From Mycobacterium sp. (lineage in GTDB: Bacteria; Actinomycetota; Actinomycetes; Mycobacteriales; Mycobacteriaceae), in assembly GCA_003165155.1 (NCBI GenBank), contig PLSK01000251.1, positions 1 to 46,994 on the forward strand: a DNA stretch of 46,994 nucleotides, read 5' to 3'. The notes under the pieces are model-generated. The model ran no database searches. It was given only the letters and a program-made list of their open reading frames with translations, and was not told the DNA's origin. Shown in pieces: positions 16,383 through 26,404 of this stretch. Numbering within the stretch: the first letter of the stretch is position 1; the number at the start of each line of letters is the position of its first letter. Both the position numbers and the translations under genes were made by a program.

Positions 16383-17534
16383 GCCTGCCAATGCGTCAAC
16401 ACAGTCCCGCGCGATCGCCAGTTCTTCGTTTGTCGGGACTACCAACACGGTAATCCGTGAGTCGTCTTGTGAAATCCGCCGCGGTCCTTTGTCGGGGCTG
16501 AGATTGCGCTCTTCGTCGAGTAGTACGCCGAGCTCACCCATACCGGCCACGGCGTCCCGACGCACCCAGGGCGCGTTCTCGCCGATCCCGGCGGTAAAGG
16601 TGATCACATCGGTATGCCGCAGCACTGCGAGGTAGGACCCGATGTACTTGCGCAACCGGTGGATGAACACGTCGTAAGCCAATTGTGCTGATTCATCGCC
16701 CGATTCGACCATCAGCTGCAGTCGCCGAAAGTCGCGCTCTCCCGCCAGGCCCCACACCCCGGACCGCTGATTCAGCATGGATTCGATCTCCTCGACGCTC
16801 ATGTTCGCGCGGCGCCACAGGTAGCTGATGACGCCGGGATCGATGTCGCCGCTGCGGGTGCCCATCACGAGGCCCTCCAGCGGCGTCAGGCCCATCGACG
16901 TGTCGACCGGTCGGCCGGCCGCGATCGCCGATGCCGAGTCTCCGTTGCCCAGGTGCAGCACAATCTGATTCAGGCTATCTAACGGCCTGCCGAGGAAGGC
17001 GGCGGTCTGCTCGCTCACGTATCGATGCGAGGTGCCGTGAAATCCGTAGCGGCGTATCTGCCACCGCTGCGCCAGCACTCGGTCGATGGCATAAGTCGCG
17101 GCCGCGGCTGGCAGGTCGTGAAAGAAAGCCGTATCGAAAACAGCGATCTGCGCGACGTCGGGAAGCAGCTTCCGCGCCACCTTGATGCCCTGTACCGCAG
17201 CCGGATTGTGCAACGGCGCCAGCTCTGACAACTTCTCGAGCTCGACGATCCGTGCGTCGTCGAGAAGCGTCGGGCGATAGAAATCCATGCCTCCGTGCAC
17301 GACCCGGTGCCCGACGGCCAGTAGGCCGCACGACTTCAGGTCTATGCCGGTCTCGGCCAACTCCTCGAACGCCAGACGCAGAGCCTGCTCATGGTCGCCG
17401 ACCCGCGATGACGGCTCGCCGATCTCCTGGATGACGCCACCCGCCTGAGTGCTGCCCGACTCCGGTTCAACGAGCTTGTATTTCAGCGATGACGACCCGG
17501 AGTTGATCACCAGCACGTTGCCGCTATGGGCCAT
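16377..17534 (-). CDS. ackA: Acetate kinase
   Basis: [55 protein letters not shown]. Confidence 0.97.
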   Translation of the reverse strand: MAHSGNVLVINSGSSSLKYKLVEPESGSTQAGGVIQEIGEPSSRVGDHEQALRLAFEELAETGIDLKSCGLLAVGHRVVHGGMDFYRPTLLDDARIVELEKLSELAPLHNPAAVQGIKVARKLLPDVAQIAVFDTAFFHDLPAAAATYAIDRVLAQRWQIRRYGFHGTSHRYVSEQTAAFLGRPLDSLNQIVLHLGNGDSASAIAAGRPVDTSMGLTPLEGLVMGTRSGDIDPGVISYLWRRANMSVEEIESMLNQRSGVWGLAGERDFRRLQLMVESGDESAQLAYDVFIHRLRKYIGSYLAVLRHTDVITFTAGIGENAPWVRRDAVAGMGELGVLLDEERNLSPDKGPRRISQDDSRITVLVVPTNEELAIARDCVDALAGL

Positions 17535-19620
17535 TCCCGACCCCCTGCGCCTGGATGGCGGTGATGGCGACGGTGTTCACGATGTCTTCGATCAGGGCAC
17601 CACGGGAAAGATCATTGACCGGCTTGCGCAAACCTTGCAACACCGGACCGATCGCGATGGCCCCGCCAGTGCGCTGCACGGCCTTGTAGGTGTTGTTACC
17701 GGTGTTGAGGTCGGGAAAGATCAGCACGGTCGCGCGACCTGCTACTGGTGAATCACTCATCTTGGTGGCTGCGACCGCGGGGTCCACGGCGGCGTCGTAC
17801 TGGATGGGTCCCTCGACGAGCAGATGCGGGTCGCGCGCGCGCACCAATTCCGTTGCCGTCCTCACCTTGTCAACATCGGCCCCAGTGCCAGATTCACCGG
17901 TGGAGTAGGACAGCATCGCCACTCGCGGCTCGATGCCGAACTGTGCGGCGGTGCGCGCCGACGAGATGGCGATGTCGGCGAGCTGCTCTGATGTCGGGTT
18001 CGGGACAATCGCGCAATCCCCGTATGCCAGCACACGGTCGGGCAGGCACATGAGGAAAATGCTGGATACCGTCGACACGTCCGGAGCGGTCCTGATGATC
18101 TCGAAAGCCGGTCGAACCGTGTGCGCCGTAGTATGCGCAGCGCCGGACACCATGCCGTCGACCATGCCGTTGTACACCAGCATGGTGCCGAAATATGAGA
18201 CATCGCGCATGATCTCACGGGCCTGCTCGACCGTCATGCCCTTTGCCTTGCGTATCTCGGCGTACTGGTCCGCGAATTGGTGCCGCAATTGCTCTGCGCG
18301 CGGATCGATTACCTTCGCCTCGTCCAGATCGACACCGAGCTCGGCCGAACGTGAGCGGATTTGAGATTCATCGCCCAGGATGGTCAGATCCGCAACACGG
18401 CGCTGCAGGAGGCGGCCGGCGGATTTCAGGATGCGGTCTTCGTCGCCTTCCGGAAGCACAATGTGCTTGCGGTCGGACCGGGCCTGCTGCTGCACACGAT
18501 GGGTGAACATCTGCGGCGTGGTCACGGTTGGGATCGGGATAGCGAGTTGCGCCAACAGATCCGGGACATCGACGTAGCGGTCCATCAGTTCCAGCGCGGT
18601 GTCGATCTTGCGCTGTGAGACGGACGTGATGCGCCCCCGAGCCGAGGCTGCGGCCTCGGCGGTTTCGAACGTGCCCAATGTGGTGGCGACGATGGGGAGC
18701 CGCAACCGCAGGCCGGCGACCAACGCCGCGATCGACGGATGCAGCTCCAGTCCACCGTTGATGATGATGCACGACAGGGACGGAAAGCCTTCGGCCGCAT
18801 GGGCACTGGCGACGGCGAGTACGACGTCGGAGCGGTCACCGGGGGTGATGACCGCCATCCCGTCGCTCAGCCGTTCCAACACGTGGTCGGCGGTCATCCC
18901 GGCGACCAGGATGGCCATCACCTCACGTTCCCGCAACTGGGCGTCTCCGCTGATCGGCGTCCCGTCCACGGCCTTCTCCAGCTCGGCGACCGTCGGCGCC
19001 GACAACAGCGGTTCTTCGGGCAGCACATAACTGGGCGGGGTAGGCGACGGAAGGGCTGCTAAAGCATTGCGGACCGCACCGAGCTCCGACGGCTCACACC
19101 GGTTGGCCACCACTGCGGCGGTGTGGGCGCGCTGTCCGGCGAGTTCGGCCAAACAGACATCGACGAGATCCGCCACGTCATTGGCGGTTCGGCGCTGGGC
19201 GTTTACCGCCAGCAACACCGGCGCGCCGAGGTTCACCGCGATCCGCGCATTGATCGAGAGTTCGGCGGGGCTGGGGATGTTCGTGTAGTCGGTCCCGACG
19301 ATCACTACCACGTCGCACGCCTCGGCCATCGTTTGATACGAGTCGACGATCATGGCGATCGCGGCTTCCTTGTCGGCGTGCAGCTGCTGGTAGGTCACCC
19401 CGACGCACTGCTCGTAGGGCAGGCCCACCGTGGTGTGTTGCAGCAGCAGCTCCAGGATGTAGTCGCGGTCGCCATCAACACCCCGCCGGGTGATCGGCCG
19501 GAAGACACCGATTTTGGCGACTGTCGCGGTCAACCGGTGCAAGATCCCCAGCGCGATCGTGGACTTGCCGGTCGCCGGTTCGGCCGCGGCGATGTAGATA
19601 GCGGACGGACCGGCTGCCAC
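17524..19620 (-). CDS. pta: Phosphate acetyltransferase (long form with DRTGG domain)
   Basis: GKS P-loop-like N-terminus, [40 protein letters not shown]. Confidence 0.97.
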   Translation of the reverse strand: MAAGPSAIYIAAAEPATGKSTIALGILHRLTATVAKIGVFRPITRRGVDGDRDYILELLLQHTTVGLPYEQCVGVTYQQLHADKEAAIAMIVDSYQTMAEACDVVVIVGTDYTNIPSPAELSINARIAVNLGAPVLLAVNAQRRTANDVADLVDVCLAELAGQRAHTAAVVANRCEPSELGAVRNALAALPSPTPPSYVLPEEPLLSAPTVAELEKAVDGTPISGDAQLREREVMAILVAGMTADHVLERLSDGMAVITPGDRSDVVLAVASAHAAEGFPSLSCIIINGGLELHPSIAALVAGLRLRLPIVATTLGTFETAEAAASARGRITSVSQRKIDTALELMDRYVDVPDLLAQLAIPIPTVTTPQMFTHRVQQQARSDRKHIVLPEGDEDRILKSAGRLLQRRVADLTILGDESQIRSRSAELGVDLDEAKVIDPRAEQLRHQFADQYAEIRKAKGMTVEQAREIMRDVSYFGTMLVYNGMVDGMVSGAAHTTAHTVRPAFEIIRTAPDVSTVSSIFLMCLPDRVLAYGDCAIVPNPTSEQLADIAISSARTAAQFGIEPRVAMLSYSTGESGTGADVDKVRTATELVRARDPHLLVEGPIQYDAAVDPAVAATKMSDSPVAGRATVLIFPDLNTGNNTYKAVQRTGGAIAIGPVLQGLRKPVNDLSRGALIEDIVNTVAITAIQAQGVGNGP

Positions 19621-19631
19621 CCCCCTGCCTT

Positions 19632-20642
19632 TCAGGCCAGCCGCCGCAGCCTGGGCGCCAGATCCTTTTCGAACAGCTCCAGGAACCGGCGCTGGTCATG
19701 GCCTGGGGCGTGGAACACCAGGTGGTTGAGGCCCCACCCCACATATTGACCGACCTTTTCGACAGCCTCATCCGGGTCCGACGAGACGATCCAGCGCTTG
19801 GCGATCTGTTCGATCGGCAGCGCGTCGGCAGCCTTCTCCATCTCGATCGGGTCGTGAATGCTGGTCTTCTGTTCGGCCGTCAGCGACAACGGCGCCCAGA
19901 ACCGAGTGTTCTCCAGCGCCAGTTCGGCATCGGTGTCGTAGGAGATCTTGATTTCGATCATCCGGTCGATGTCGTCGGGATTCTTCCCCGCCGCCTCTGC
20001 GCCCTCCCTCATCGCGGGGATGAGCTTGTCCTTGTATAGCTCCTCGCCCTTGCCGGAGGTGCAGATGAAGCCGTCACCCGCGCGGCCGGCGTACTTGGCA
20101 ACCTGCGGGCCCCCCGCGGCGATGTAGATCGGGATGCCGCCCTCGGGCACGTCATAGATGGAGGCGCCCTTGGTGTGGTAATACTCGCCCTGGAAGTCGA
20201 CCCGGTCACCCAGCCACAGCTCGCGCATCAGCCGCACTGATTCGCGCAGCCGGGCATAGCGCTCCTTGAAGTCCGGCCATTCGCCCTCGTAACCGGTGGC
20301 GATTTCGTTGAGCGACTCCCCGGTGCCGACACCGAGGAAGATGCGATCCGTGTAGAGACACCCCATGGTGGCAAAGGCCTGCGCAATGACGGCGGGGTTG
20401 TACCGGAACGTAGGGGTGAGCACCGAAGTGCCCAGCTGGAGCCTTTTGGTGCGTTCGCCGACGGCGGTCATCCAGGCCAGCGAGAACGGGGCATGCCCGC
20501 CCTTGTGCCGCCAAGGCTGGAAGTGGTCGCTGACGCTGGCGCTGTCCATACCGTGAGCTTCGGCGGAAACGGCCAGTTCGACGAGCTCGCGCGGTGCGAA
20601 TTGTTCGGCAGATGCTTTGTATCCGAGTTTCAGTTCAGCCAC
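19632..20642 (-). CDS. fgd1: F420-dependent glucose-6-phosphate dehydrogenase
   Basis: [43 protein letters not shown]. Confidence 0.97.
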   Translation of the reverse strand: MAELKLGYKASAEQFAPRELVELAVSAEAHGMDSASVSDHFQPWRHKGGHAPFSLAWMTAVGERTKRLQLGTSVLTPTFRYNPAVIAQAFATMGCLYTDRIFLGVGTGESLNEIATGYEGEWPDFKERYARLRESVRLMRELWLGDRVDFQGEYYHTKGASIYDVPEGGIPIYIAAGGPQVAKYAGRAGDGFICTSGKGEELYKDKLIPAMREGAEAAGKNPDDIDRMIEIKISYDTDAELALENTRFWAPLSLTAEQKTSIHDPIEMEKAADALPIEQIAKRWIVSSDPDEAVEKVGQYVGWGLNHLVFHAPGHDQRRFLELFEKDLAPRLRRLA

Positions 20643-20659
20643 TCGTTCTTTCTACTCCC

Positions 20660-20767
20660 ATCCTCTGGTCGCGACCCGCCGCGCCCGGCTTCGCCGCGCT
20701 TGCGATCGCTCCTATCCTCTGGTCGCGACCCGCCGCGCCCGGCTTCGCCGCGCTTGCGATCGCTCCT
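20660..20767. repeat. MIRU/VNTR-like tandem repeat, 2 x 54 bp exact
   Basis: atcctctggtcgcgacccgccgcgcccggcttcgccgcgcttgcgatcgctcct at 20660 and 20714, between divergent fgd1 and MBL genes. Confidence 0.92.
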
Positions 20768-20778
20768 AGACTCGCGGC

Positions 20779-21537
20779 ATGACGCACCCGTCGTCGGAGA
20801 CGCCGACTCTTGTTCAGGTAACCGACACCGTCTACCTGGCCCAGGGCCACGCCGTGAACTGGGCGCTGGTTACCGGCGAGACCGGCGTCATGCTGATCGA
20901 TGCCGGTTATCCAGGTGACCGCGTGGACGTGCTGGCCTCGTTGCGCAAGCTGGGTTATGACGCCCGCGACGTGCGCGCCATCCTGCTGACACACGCGCAC
21001 ATCGACCACCTGGGTTCGGCGATCTGGTTCGCCAACGAGTACGGGACCCCGGTGTACTGCCATGCCGACGAGGTGGGGCACGCGAAGCGGGAGTACCTGG
21101 AGCAAGCCTCGGTTTTCGATGTCGCGCTCCGGATCTGGAAACCTCGATGGGCGGTGTGGGGCATGCACCTGGTCCGCAACGGCGGCTTGATCCGCGACGG
21201 CATCCCGAGCACCCAGCCGCTGACCGCCGAGACGGCGGCCGGACTGCCGGGTCATCCGATGGCCATCGCCACTCCGGGGCATACCAGCGGCCATTGTTCT
21301 TATGTCGTCGACGGCGTGCTGGCCAGCGGCGACGCGCTGATCACCGGCCATCCGCTGCTGCGTCGCAGCGGACCGCAGCTGCTGCCTGCGGTGTTCAGCC
21401 ACAGCCAGCAGAACAGTATGCGCAGCCTGAGCGCGCTGGCCCTGCTGGACACCCAGATTCTGCTGCCCGGTCACGGCGATGTGTGGCGCGGCCCGATCCG
21501 CGAGGCCACCGAAACGGCCATATCGCTGGCCCAGTAA
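20779..21537 (+). CDS. Metallo-beta-lactamase-fold hydrolase (Rv0406c-like)
   Basis: THAHIDH, PGHTSGH, GDALIT, PGHG motifs. Confidence 0.92.
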   Translation: MTHPSSETPTLVQVTDTVYLAQGHAVNWALVTGETGVMLIDAGYPGDRVDVLASLRKLGYDARDVRAILLTHAHIDHLGSAIWFANEYGTPVYCHADEVGHAKREYLEQASVFDVALRIWKPRWAVWGMHLVRNGGLIRDGIPSTQPLTAETAAGLPGHPMAIATPGHTSGHCSYVVDGVLASGDALITGHPLLRRSGPQLLPAVFSHSQQNSMRSLSALALLDTQILLPGHGDVWRGPIREATETAISLAQ

Positions 21538-21549
21538 GGGAACTTCATT

Positions 21550-21885
21550 GTGACGGTGGCCAAGTCGATTGCATTGTTTGCCCTGGCGGCGCTGTTCGAG
21601 ATCGGCGGCGCATGGTTGATTTGGCAGGGGACGCGTGAACATCGTGGCTGGATGTGGATGGGCAGCGGCGTCGTCGCGCTCGGCGCCTACGGCTTTGTTG
21701 CCACCCTGCAAGCCGACGCCCATTTCGGTCGTATCCTGGCTGCGTACGGAGGTATCTTCGTCGCGGGCTCACTGCTGTGGGGAATGGGCTTCGATGGATT
21801 TCGGCCCGATCGTTGGGATGTCGCCGGAGCTGTGATCTGCTTGCTGGGTGTGGCCATCATCATGTACGCGCCACGAACTCACTGA
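21550..21885 (+). CDS. YnfA/UPF0060 small membrane protein
   Basis: [31 protein letters not shown] motifs; four TM segments. Confidence 0.9.
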   Translation: MTVAKSIALFALAALFEIGGAWLIWQGTREHRGWMWMGSGVVALGAYGFVATLQADAHFGRILAAYGGIFVAGSLLWGMGFDGFRPDRWDVAGAVICLLGVAIIMYAPRTH

Positions 21886-23231
21886 CACTCACCGACCCTA
21901 AGACCCAGGTGCTCGCGCAGGGTTTCGCCGCTGTACTCGGTGCGGAATGCGCCGCGCTCCTGTAACAGCGGCACCACCCGGTCGACAAACTCGTCCAAAC
22001 CGCGCGGCGTCAGGTGCGGCACCAAGATGAAACCGTCGCACGCGTCGGCCTGGACATACTGGTCAATCTCAGTCGCGACTTGCGCGGCGGTGCCGACGAA
22101 CTGCTGCCGGTTGGTGACCGCGATTACCAGCTCGCGGATGGACAGGTTCTCCGCCTCGGCACGTTCGCGGTAATCGCGAACCACCGCAGCCGGGTCGACG
22201 TGGCGTACCCGGCCCTGGGTGATGCCGGTGTCGTCGGTCGGGTCGATATCGGGTAGCGGGCCGTCAGGGTCGTAGCCTGATAGGTCGCGGCCCCACACCT
22301 GCTCGAGCATTGCGATCGCCGTCGCCCCGCTCACCTGTTGATGGCGGATGTGCCGCGCCTTGTCCTCGGCATCCGCGCCAGTGTCCCCAATAACGAACGT
22401 CGTCGCCGGGAAAACCTTGAGCTGGTCCGCATCTCGACCGTAGGACACCGCGCTGCCCTTGACGTCAGCGTAGTAACGCTGACCGTCCTGCAACGACGAG
22501 TGCAGGGTGAACAGCGCGTCGGCGTACCTGGCTCCGAACGCGCGGCCGTCGGCGGAGTCACCGGCCTGCAGCAACACCGGATGACCCTGCGGCCCCGGCG
22601 GCAGCGTCGCGAACCCTCGCACGGCGAATTGCGATCCCGAGTGCTCGACGCGGTGGATTCGGTCCGGATCGACGTAGACCCCGGCCTCCAGGTCGGCAAG
22701 CACGGCGTCGGCATCCCAGCTATCCCAGAATCGCCGGGCCACCGTCACGAATTCCTCGGCGCGCGCGTACCGATCGGCATAGTCGAGAAATCCCCCGCGC
22801 CGGAAGTTGGCACCCGTGAAGGCGTCCGATGAGGTGACGATGTTCCAGCCGGCCCGGCCACCGGACAGATGGTCAAGCGTCGCGAATTGCCTTGCCACCT
22901 CGAATGGCTCGTTGAAGGTGGTGTTGATGGTTCCCGTCAGCCCGATCCGGTCGGTGACGCCGGCCAGCGCGGCCAGCACGGTGAACGTGTCCGGACGACC
23001 CACCACGTCGAGGTCGTAGATGTGCCCGCGGCGCTCCCGCAGCCGAAGCCCCTCGGCGAGAAAGAAGAAGTCGAACAATCCGCGTTCCGCGGTGCGGGCG
23101 AGGTGCACGAACGAGTCGAAATCGATCTGGCTGCCCGCGCTCGGGTCCGTCCACACCGTGGTGTTATTGACACCCGGGAAATGGGCTGCCAGGTGAATCA
23201 GCTTGCGGTCCTTGCCTTCCCGGACATTCAC
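21879..23231 (-). CDS. NtaA/DmoA-family FMN-dependent monooxygenase
   Basis: [55 protein letters not shown]; GTG start overlaps the upstream stop. Confidence 0.9.
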   Translation of the reverse strand: MNVREGKDRKLIHLAAHFPGVNNTTVWTDPSAGSQIDFDSFVHLARTAERGLFDFFFLAEGLRLRERRGHIYDLDVVGRPDTFTVLAALAGVTDRIGLTGTINTTFNEPFEVARQFATLDHLSGGRAGWNIVTSSDAFTGANFRRGGFLDYADRYARAEEFVTVARRFWDSWDADAVLADLEAGVYVDPDRIHRVEHSGSQFAVRGFATLPPGPQGHPVLLQAGDSADGRAFGARYADALFTLHSSLQDGQRYYADVKGSAVSYGRDADQLKVFPATTFVIGDTGADAEDKARHIRHQQVSGATAIAMLEQVWGRDLSGYDPDGPLPDIDPTDDTGITQGRVRHVDPAAVVRDYRERAEAENLSIRELVIAVTNRQQFVGTAAQVATEIDQYVQADACDGFILVPHLTPRGLDEFVDRVVPLLQERGAFRTEYSGETLREHLGLRVGECQ

Positions 23232-24358
23232 GCGTTCAGTCCCCAGCGCTTGGCAATCAATTCGTGTGAGCGCAGCCGGTCTACGTTCCGGTAGGTCACC
23301 GACGTGACGACAAGCTCGTCGGCGCCGGTGACCCGCTGCAGCGTCTCTAGACGTTCGGCGACTTCGTCGGCGGTGCCGACGAATTGTGTTGCTATCCGGT
23401 CTTTTACCACGGTCAGCTGCTCGTCGGTCAGCGGTGTGAAATTGTCGGGGTCGGGGTATTGCATGGCGCCGACACCGGTTCGGATTGAATACACCCACCG
23501 GCCGTAGCCGGCCGCCAGGCGTTTGGCGGTAGCGCTATCGTCAGCGACCACGATGTCGGCCGATACCACAACGTAGGGCTGCGCCAGCATCGCCGACGGC
23601 CTGAAAGTGTCGCGGTACGCGTCGATAGCCTCCAGCGTGGTGGCCGGTGTGATGTGATAGCTCGCGACGAAGGGCAGACCGAGTGCTCCTGCCAAACGCG
23701 CGCTTTGGCCTCTGGTACTGCCGAAGATCCATGGCGTCAGCGCGGCCCCTTCGCCGGGCACCGCGTGCACATCGGACCCGCCCGCTTGATAACTGCCATC
23801 CAGCAAGGCGATGATGTCACCGACCTGCTCGGCGAAGTCGGGTGACACCGCCTCGGGCTGCTGCAGAATCGCCATGGTGGCCTGCAACGCCTCCATGTTG
23901 AGCAGTCCGCGCACATCGAACGGCGTCGGAACCACGAGACCGTCGACCTCGTGCCACACTCGCGGCGGTCTGGGTTCTCTCGGCTTCTTGGGTTGGTGCT
24001 CTTCGGACCGACGCTGCCCGGACCGACCAACACCGAGATCGATGCGTCCGGGATAGAACGCGTCCAACGTGCCAAAGCTCTCGACCACCGCGGCCGCGGT
24101 GGTGTAACCCAGCTGCACCGCGGCCGCACCCACCCGAATCCTGTTGGTAGCTGCGGCGATTTGGCCGATCAATACGGCCGGCGATGAGCTGGCGACGCCG
24201 ACGAAGTGATGCTCGGCGATCCAGTACCGGTGAAACCCCCACTCCTCGGCACGCTGGGCCAGCTCAATCGTGTTTCGTAACGCCGTCGCGGCGTCACTGC
24301 CGGCGCTGATCGGCGCCAGGTCCAGAATTGACAGCGGCACGGTACCCGAGATATTCAC
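23228..24358 (-). CDS. Luciferase-like (LLM) monooxygenase, MsnO8/CmoO-like
   Basis: LSILDLAPI, YWIAEHH, RIRVG, PGRIDLGVGR, GADEL motifs. Confidence 0.88.
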   Translation of the reverse strand: MNISGTVPLSILDLAPISAGSDAATALRNTIELAQRAEEWGFHRYWIAEHHFVGVASSSPAVLIGQIAAATNRIRVGAAAVQLGYTTAAAVVESFGTLDAFYPGRIDLGVGRSGQRRSEEHQPKKPREPRPPRVWHEVDGLVVPTPFDVRGLLNMEALQATMAILQQPEAVSPDFAEQVGDIIALLDGSYQAGGSDVHAVPGEGAALTPWIFGSTRGQSARLAGALGLPFVASYHITPATTLEAIDAYRDTFRPSAMLAQPYVVVSADIVVADDSATAKRLAAGYGRWVYSIRTGVGAMQYPDPDNFTPLTDEQLTVVKDRIATQFVGTADEVAERLETLQRVTGADELVVTSVTYRNVDRLRSHELIAKRWGLNA

Positions 24359-25455
24359 CAGGCCACCGCCTTGTACCGGTTCGGCGCGACCGGCAGGCCC
24401 AGCCGTGCGCGCAGCGTTTCGCCGTCCCGGTAGCCGGCGCGGAATCGCCCGGCTTTCTGCAGCAGCGGCACCACTCGGTCGACGATCACCGGGAGATCGG
24501 TGGCGTTGACGGAAGGCCGCAACCGTGCGCCGTCGACGCCCAGCCGCTGCCAGTCGAGCAACATGTCAACCAATTCCTCTGGGCTGCCGCCGAAGTCGAG
24601 CGCATCAGAGCGGGGGTCGCCCTCGCCGTCGAAAGACACCAGCACGTCCGCGAAGACCTTCAAATCGGCGCCACCGGCCGCGCGAACCTGATCGAGGATG
24701 CTTCGCAGCGACGCGTCGTCGGTGGGTGTGATGAACACGATATCGGCACTGGCGGCGGCGAATTCGTACACCGGGCCGGCGTGCGCCAGCGCAGCCACCA
24801 CCGGCTGGCCCTGCGGTGGACGTGGCGTGATCGACGGACCCTTGACCGAGAAGTACTGCCCGGCGAAATCGATGTAGTGCAGTTTGTCCGTGTCGACGTA
24901 GCGCCCGGTGGTCACGTCGCGGATGATCGCGTCGTCCTCCCAGCTGTCCCAGAGCCGGCGCACCACGTCGACGTACTCGGCGGCCTCTTCGAAGTAGGCA
25001 ACTTGGGTTTCGTCTCGTCGGCCGAACAGGGCCGCCTCGTGCGCGGTTGCACTGATGCGTGCCTGCCAGCCCGCCCGGCCGTGCGACACATAGTCAAGGG
25101 TGGCGATGGCTTTGGAGACGTGGAAGGGCTCGGTGTGGGTGACCGTCGCCACAGGAATCAACCCGATGTGGCGCGTCGCCGGGGCGATGCGCGCCGCGAC
25201 CAGCACGGCGTCCCCGCGGCCGGCCAGACGTCGCGGGTCGATCCGCTCGCGACGCCCCGGCTGCGGCATCAGGGTGTCGTCAATGGTGAGGAAGTCGAGC
25301 AGTCCACGTTCGGCGGTGGCCGCCAGGTCGGCCCAGTAGCGGCCACTGAGCACCGACGGGGTGCCGGAGTCTGACACCAGCGTGGTCCGCCAGGCCTGCG
25401 GGTGCCATCCGTACCCGTCCAGCGCGACCGCCAGGTGCAGCAGCGTGCCGGTCAC
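24355..25455 (-). CDS. LLM flavin-dependent oxidoreductase, short NtaA/DszA-like
   Basis: HLAVALDGYGWHPQAWR, AERGLLDFLTIDD, HTEPFHVSKAIATLDYVSHGRAGW, FSVKGP, VVPLLQ. Confidence 0.88.
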   Translation of the reverse strand: MTGTLLHLAVALDGYGWHPQAWRTTLVSDSGTPSVLSGRYWADLAATAERGLLDFLTIDDTLMPQPGRRERIDPRRLAGRGDAVLVAARIAPATRHIGLIPVATVTHTEPFHVSKAIATLDYVSHGRAGWQARISATAHEAALFGRRDETQVAYFEEAAEYVDVVRRLWDSWEDDAIIRDVTTGRYVDTDKLHYIDFAGQYFSVKGPSITPRPPQGQPVVAALAHAGPVYEFAAASADIVFITPTDDASLRSILDQVRAAGGADLKVFADVLVSFDGEGDPRSDALDFGGSPEELVDMLLDWQRLGVDGARLRPSVNATDLPVIVDRVVPLLQKAGRFRAGYRDGETLRARLGLPVAPNRYKAVAW

Positions 25456-25940
25456 GCGAGTTTCTTCTCGAATGCGATCGGGAAGACCGGACCGTCGGAC
25501 GGCAGTGGTTCCGGCAACCGGGTATACCCGCCGGCCTCGTAGAGCTTCTCGGCCTCGGGCTGGCGATCGCCGGTCATCAGGTAGATCCTCCGGTAGCCCC
25601 GGGCAGCGATCTCGGCCTCCAGCTCGACCAACAGCGCCATCGCGAATCCACGACGCCGATGTTCGCTGTCCGTCCAGATTCTCTTGAGTTCGGCGGTGTC
25701 GGCATCAAATCGCCGAAACCCACCGCCGGTGACCGGACGGCCGTCCAGTAAACCGATCAACATTCCGCCGTCGGGCGGTGCGAACTCGTCGGTCGGATTG
25801 TGCTTCAACCAGCCCAAAACCATCGACTGGGGGCGGTCATAGCGCTGCGCGTACTCGACCGCCAACTCCGCCACCAACGGCTGCGCCAGCGCATGGTCCA
25901 AGTTGGCCGGCACAAACCTGAGTTGGGTCTTGGGCATCAC
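25452..25940 (-). CDS. GNAT N-acetyltransferase
   Basis: AELKRIWT...HRRRGFA (acetyl-CoA motif A), TGDRQPEA..LY...GY. Confidence 0.9.
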   Translation of the reverse strand: MMPKTQLRFVPANLDHALAQPLVAELAVEYAQRYDRPQSMVLGWLKHNPTDEFAPPDGGMLIGLLDGRPVTGGGFRRFDADTAELKRIWTDSEHRRRGFAMALLVELEAEIAARGYRRIYLMTGDRQPEAEKLYEAGGYTRLPEPLPSDGPVFPIAFEKKLA

Positions 25941-25989
25941 TTACGATCCAACGTCTCCGACGCCCACGCATTCCGGGCCCGCATTTTCG

Positions 25990-26352
25990 TCAGACGCCGG
26001 ATCGGTCCCGCGAGATCAGCCCAACGACCGCGCGCCAACCGAGTAAAAGAACCGCGGTGACCGATGCCGCGACGACCACAAAACTCACCGCTACACCCGC
26101 CGAACTGGCTTTGCGCAACGCCATGCCGACCAGCACGGTGCTCAGCCAGACAACCACCCCGGTTGGGGCCACCGCCGTGGGCCGCCGCCAGGCACGGGAC
26201 GCCAGCCAGCCCAGGGCCGTTCCAGTGAGAAACGGCCATGCGGTGGTTGCGACGCCGGTGAGGGTGATTCCCTCGGCGTGGCTGCGGCGTCCGACAGCGC
26301 AGAACACCAGCACACCGATGACGTCCATGACGAGCCACCCCGGCCGCTGCAT
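25990..26352 (-). CDS. DUF3054-family membrane protein (Rv0401-like)
   Basis: D...V.VF...GRRSH..G, TAWPF, FVVVA..LLLGWR; divergent from fadE7. Confidence 0.85.
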   Translation of the reverse strand: MQRPGWLVMDVIGVLVFCAVGRRSHAEGITLTGVATTAWPFLTGTALGWLASRAWRRPTAVAPTGVVVWLSTVLVGMALRKASSAGVAVSFVVVAASVTAVLLLGWRAVVGLISRDRSGV

Positions 26353-26404
26353 GCAGCGAGACTACCGGGCCTGGTTCATGCCTCGACGTGGCAGGCTGAT
26401 TGCC

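Noticed and set aside
20660-20767. Possible CRISPR repeats
   Set aside because: The two units are contiguous with no spacer, and no cas genes are present; this is a VNTR.
23232-23498. N-terminal extension of the NtaA-like ORF
   Set aside because: Overlaps the upstream LLM gene; the GTGA coupling places the start at 23231.
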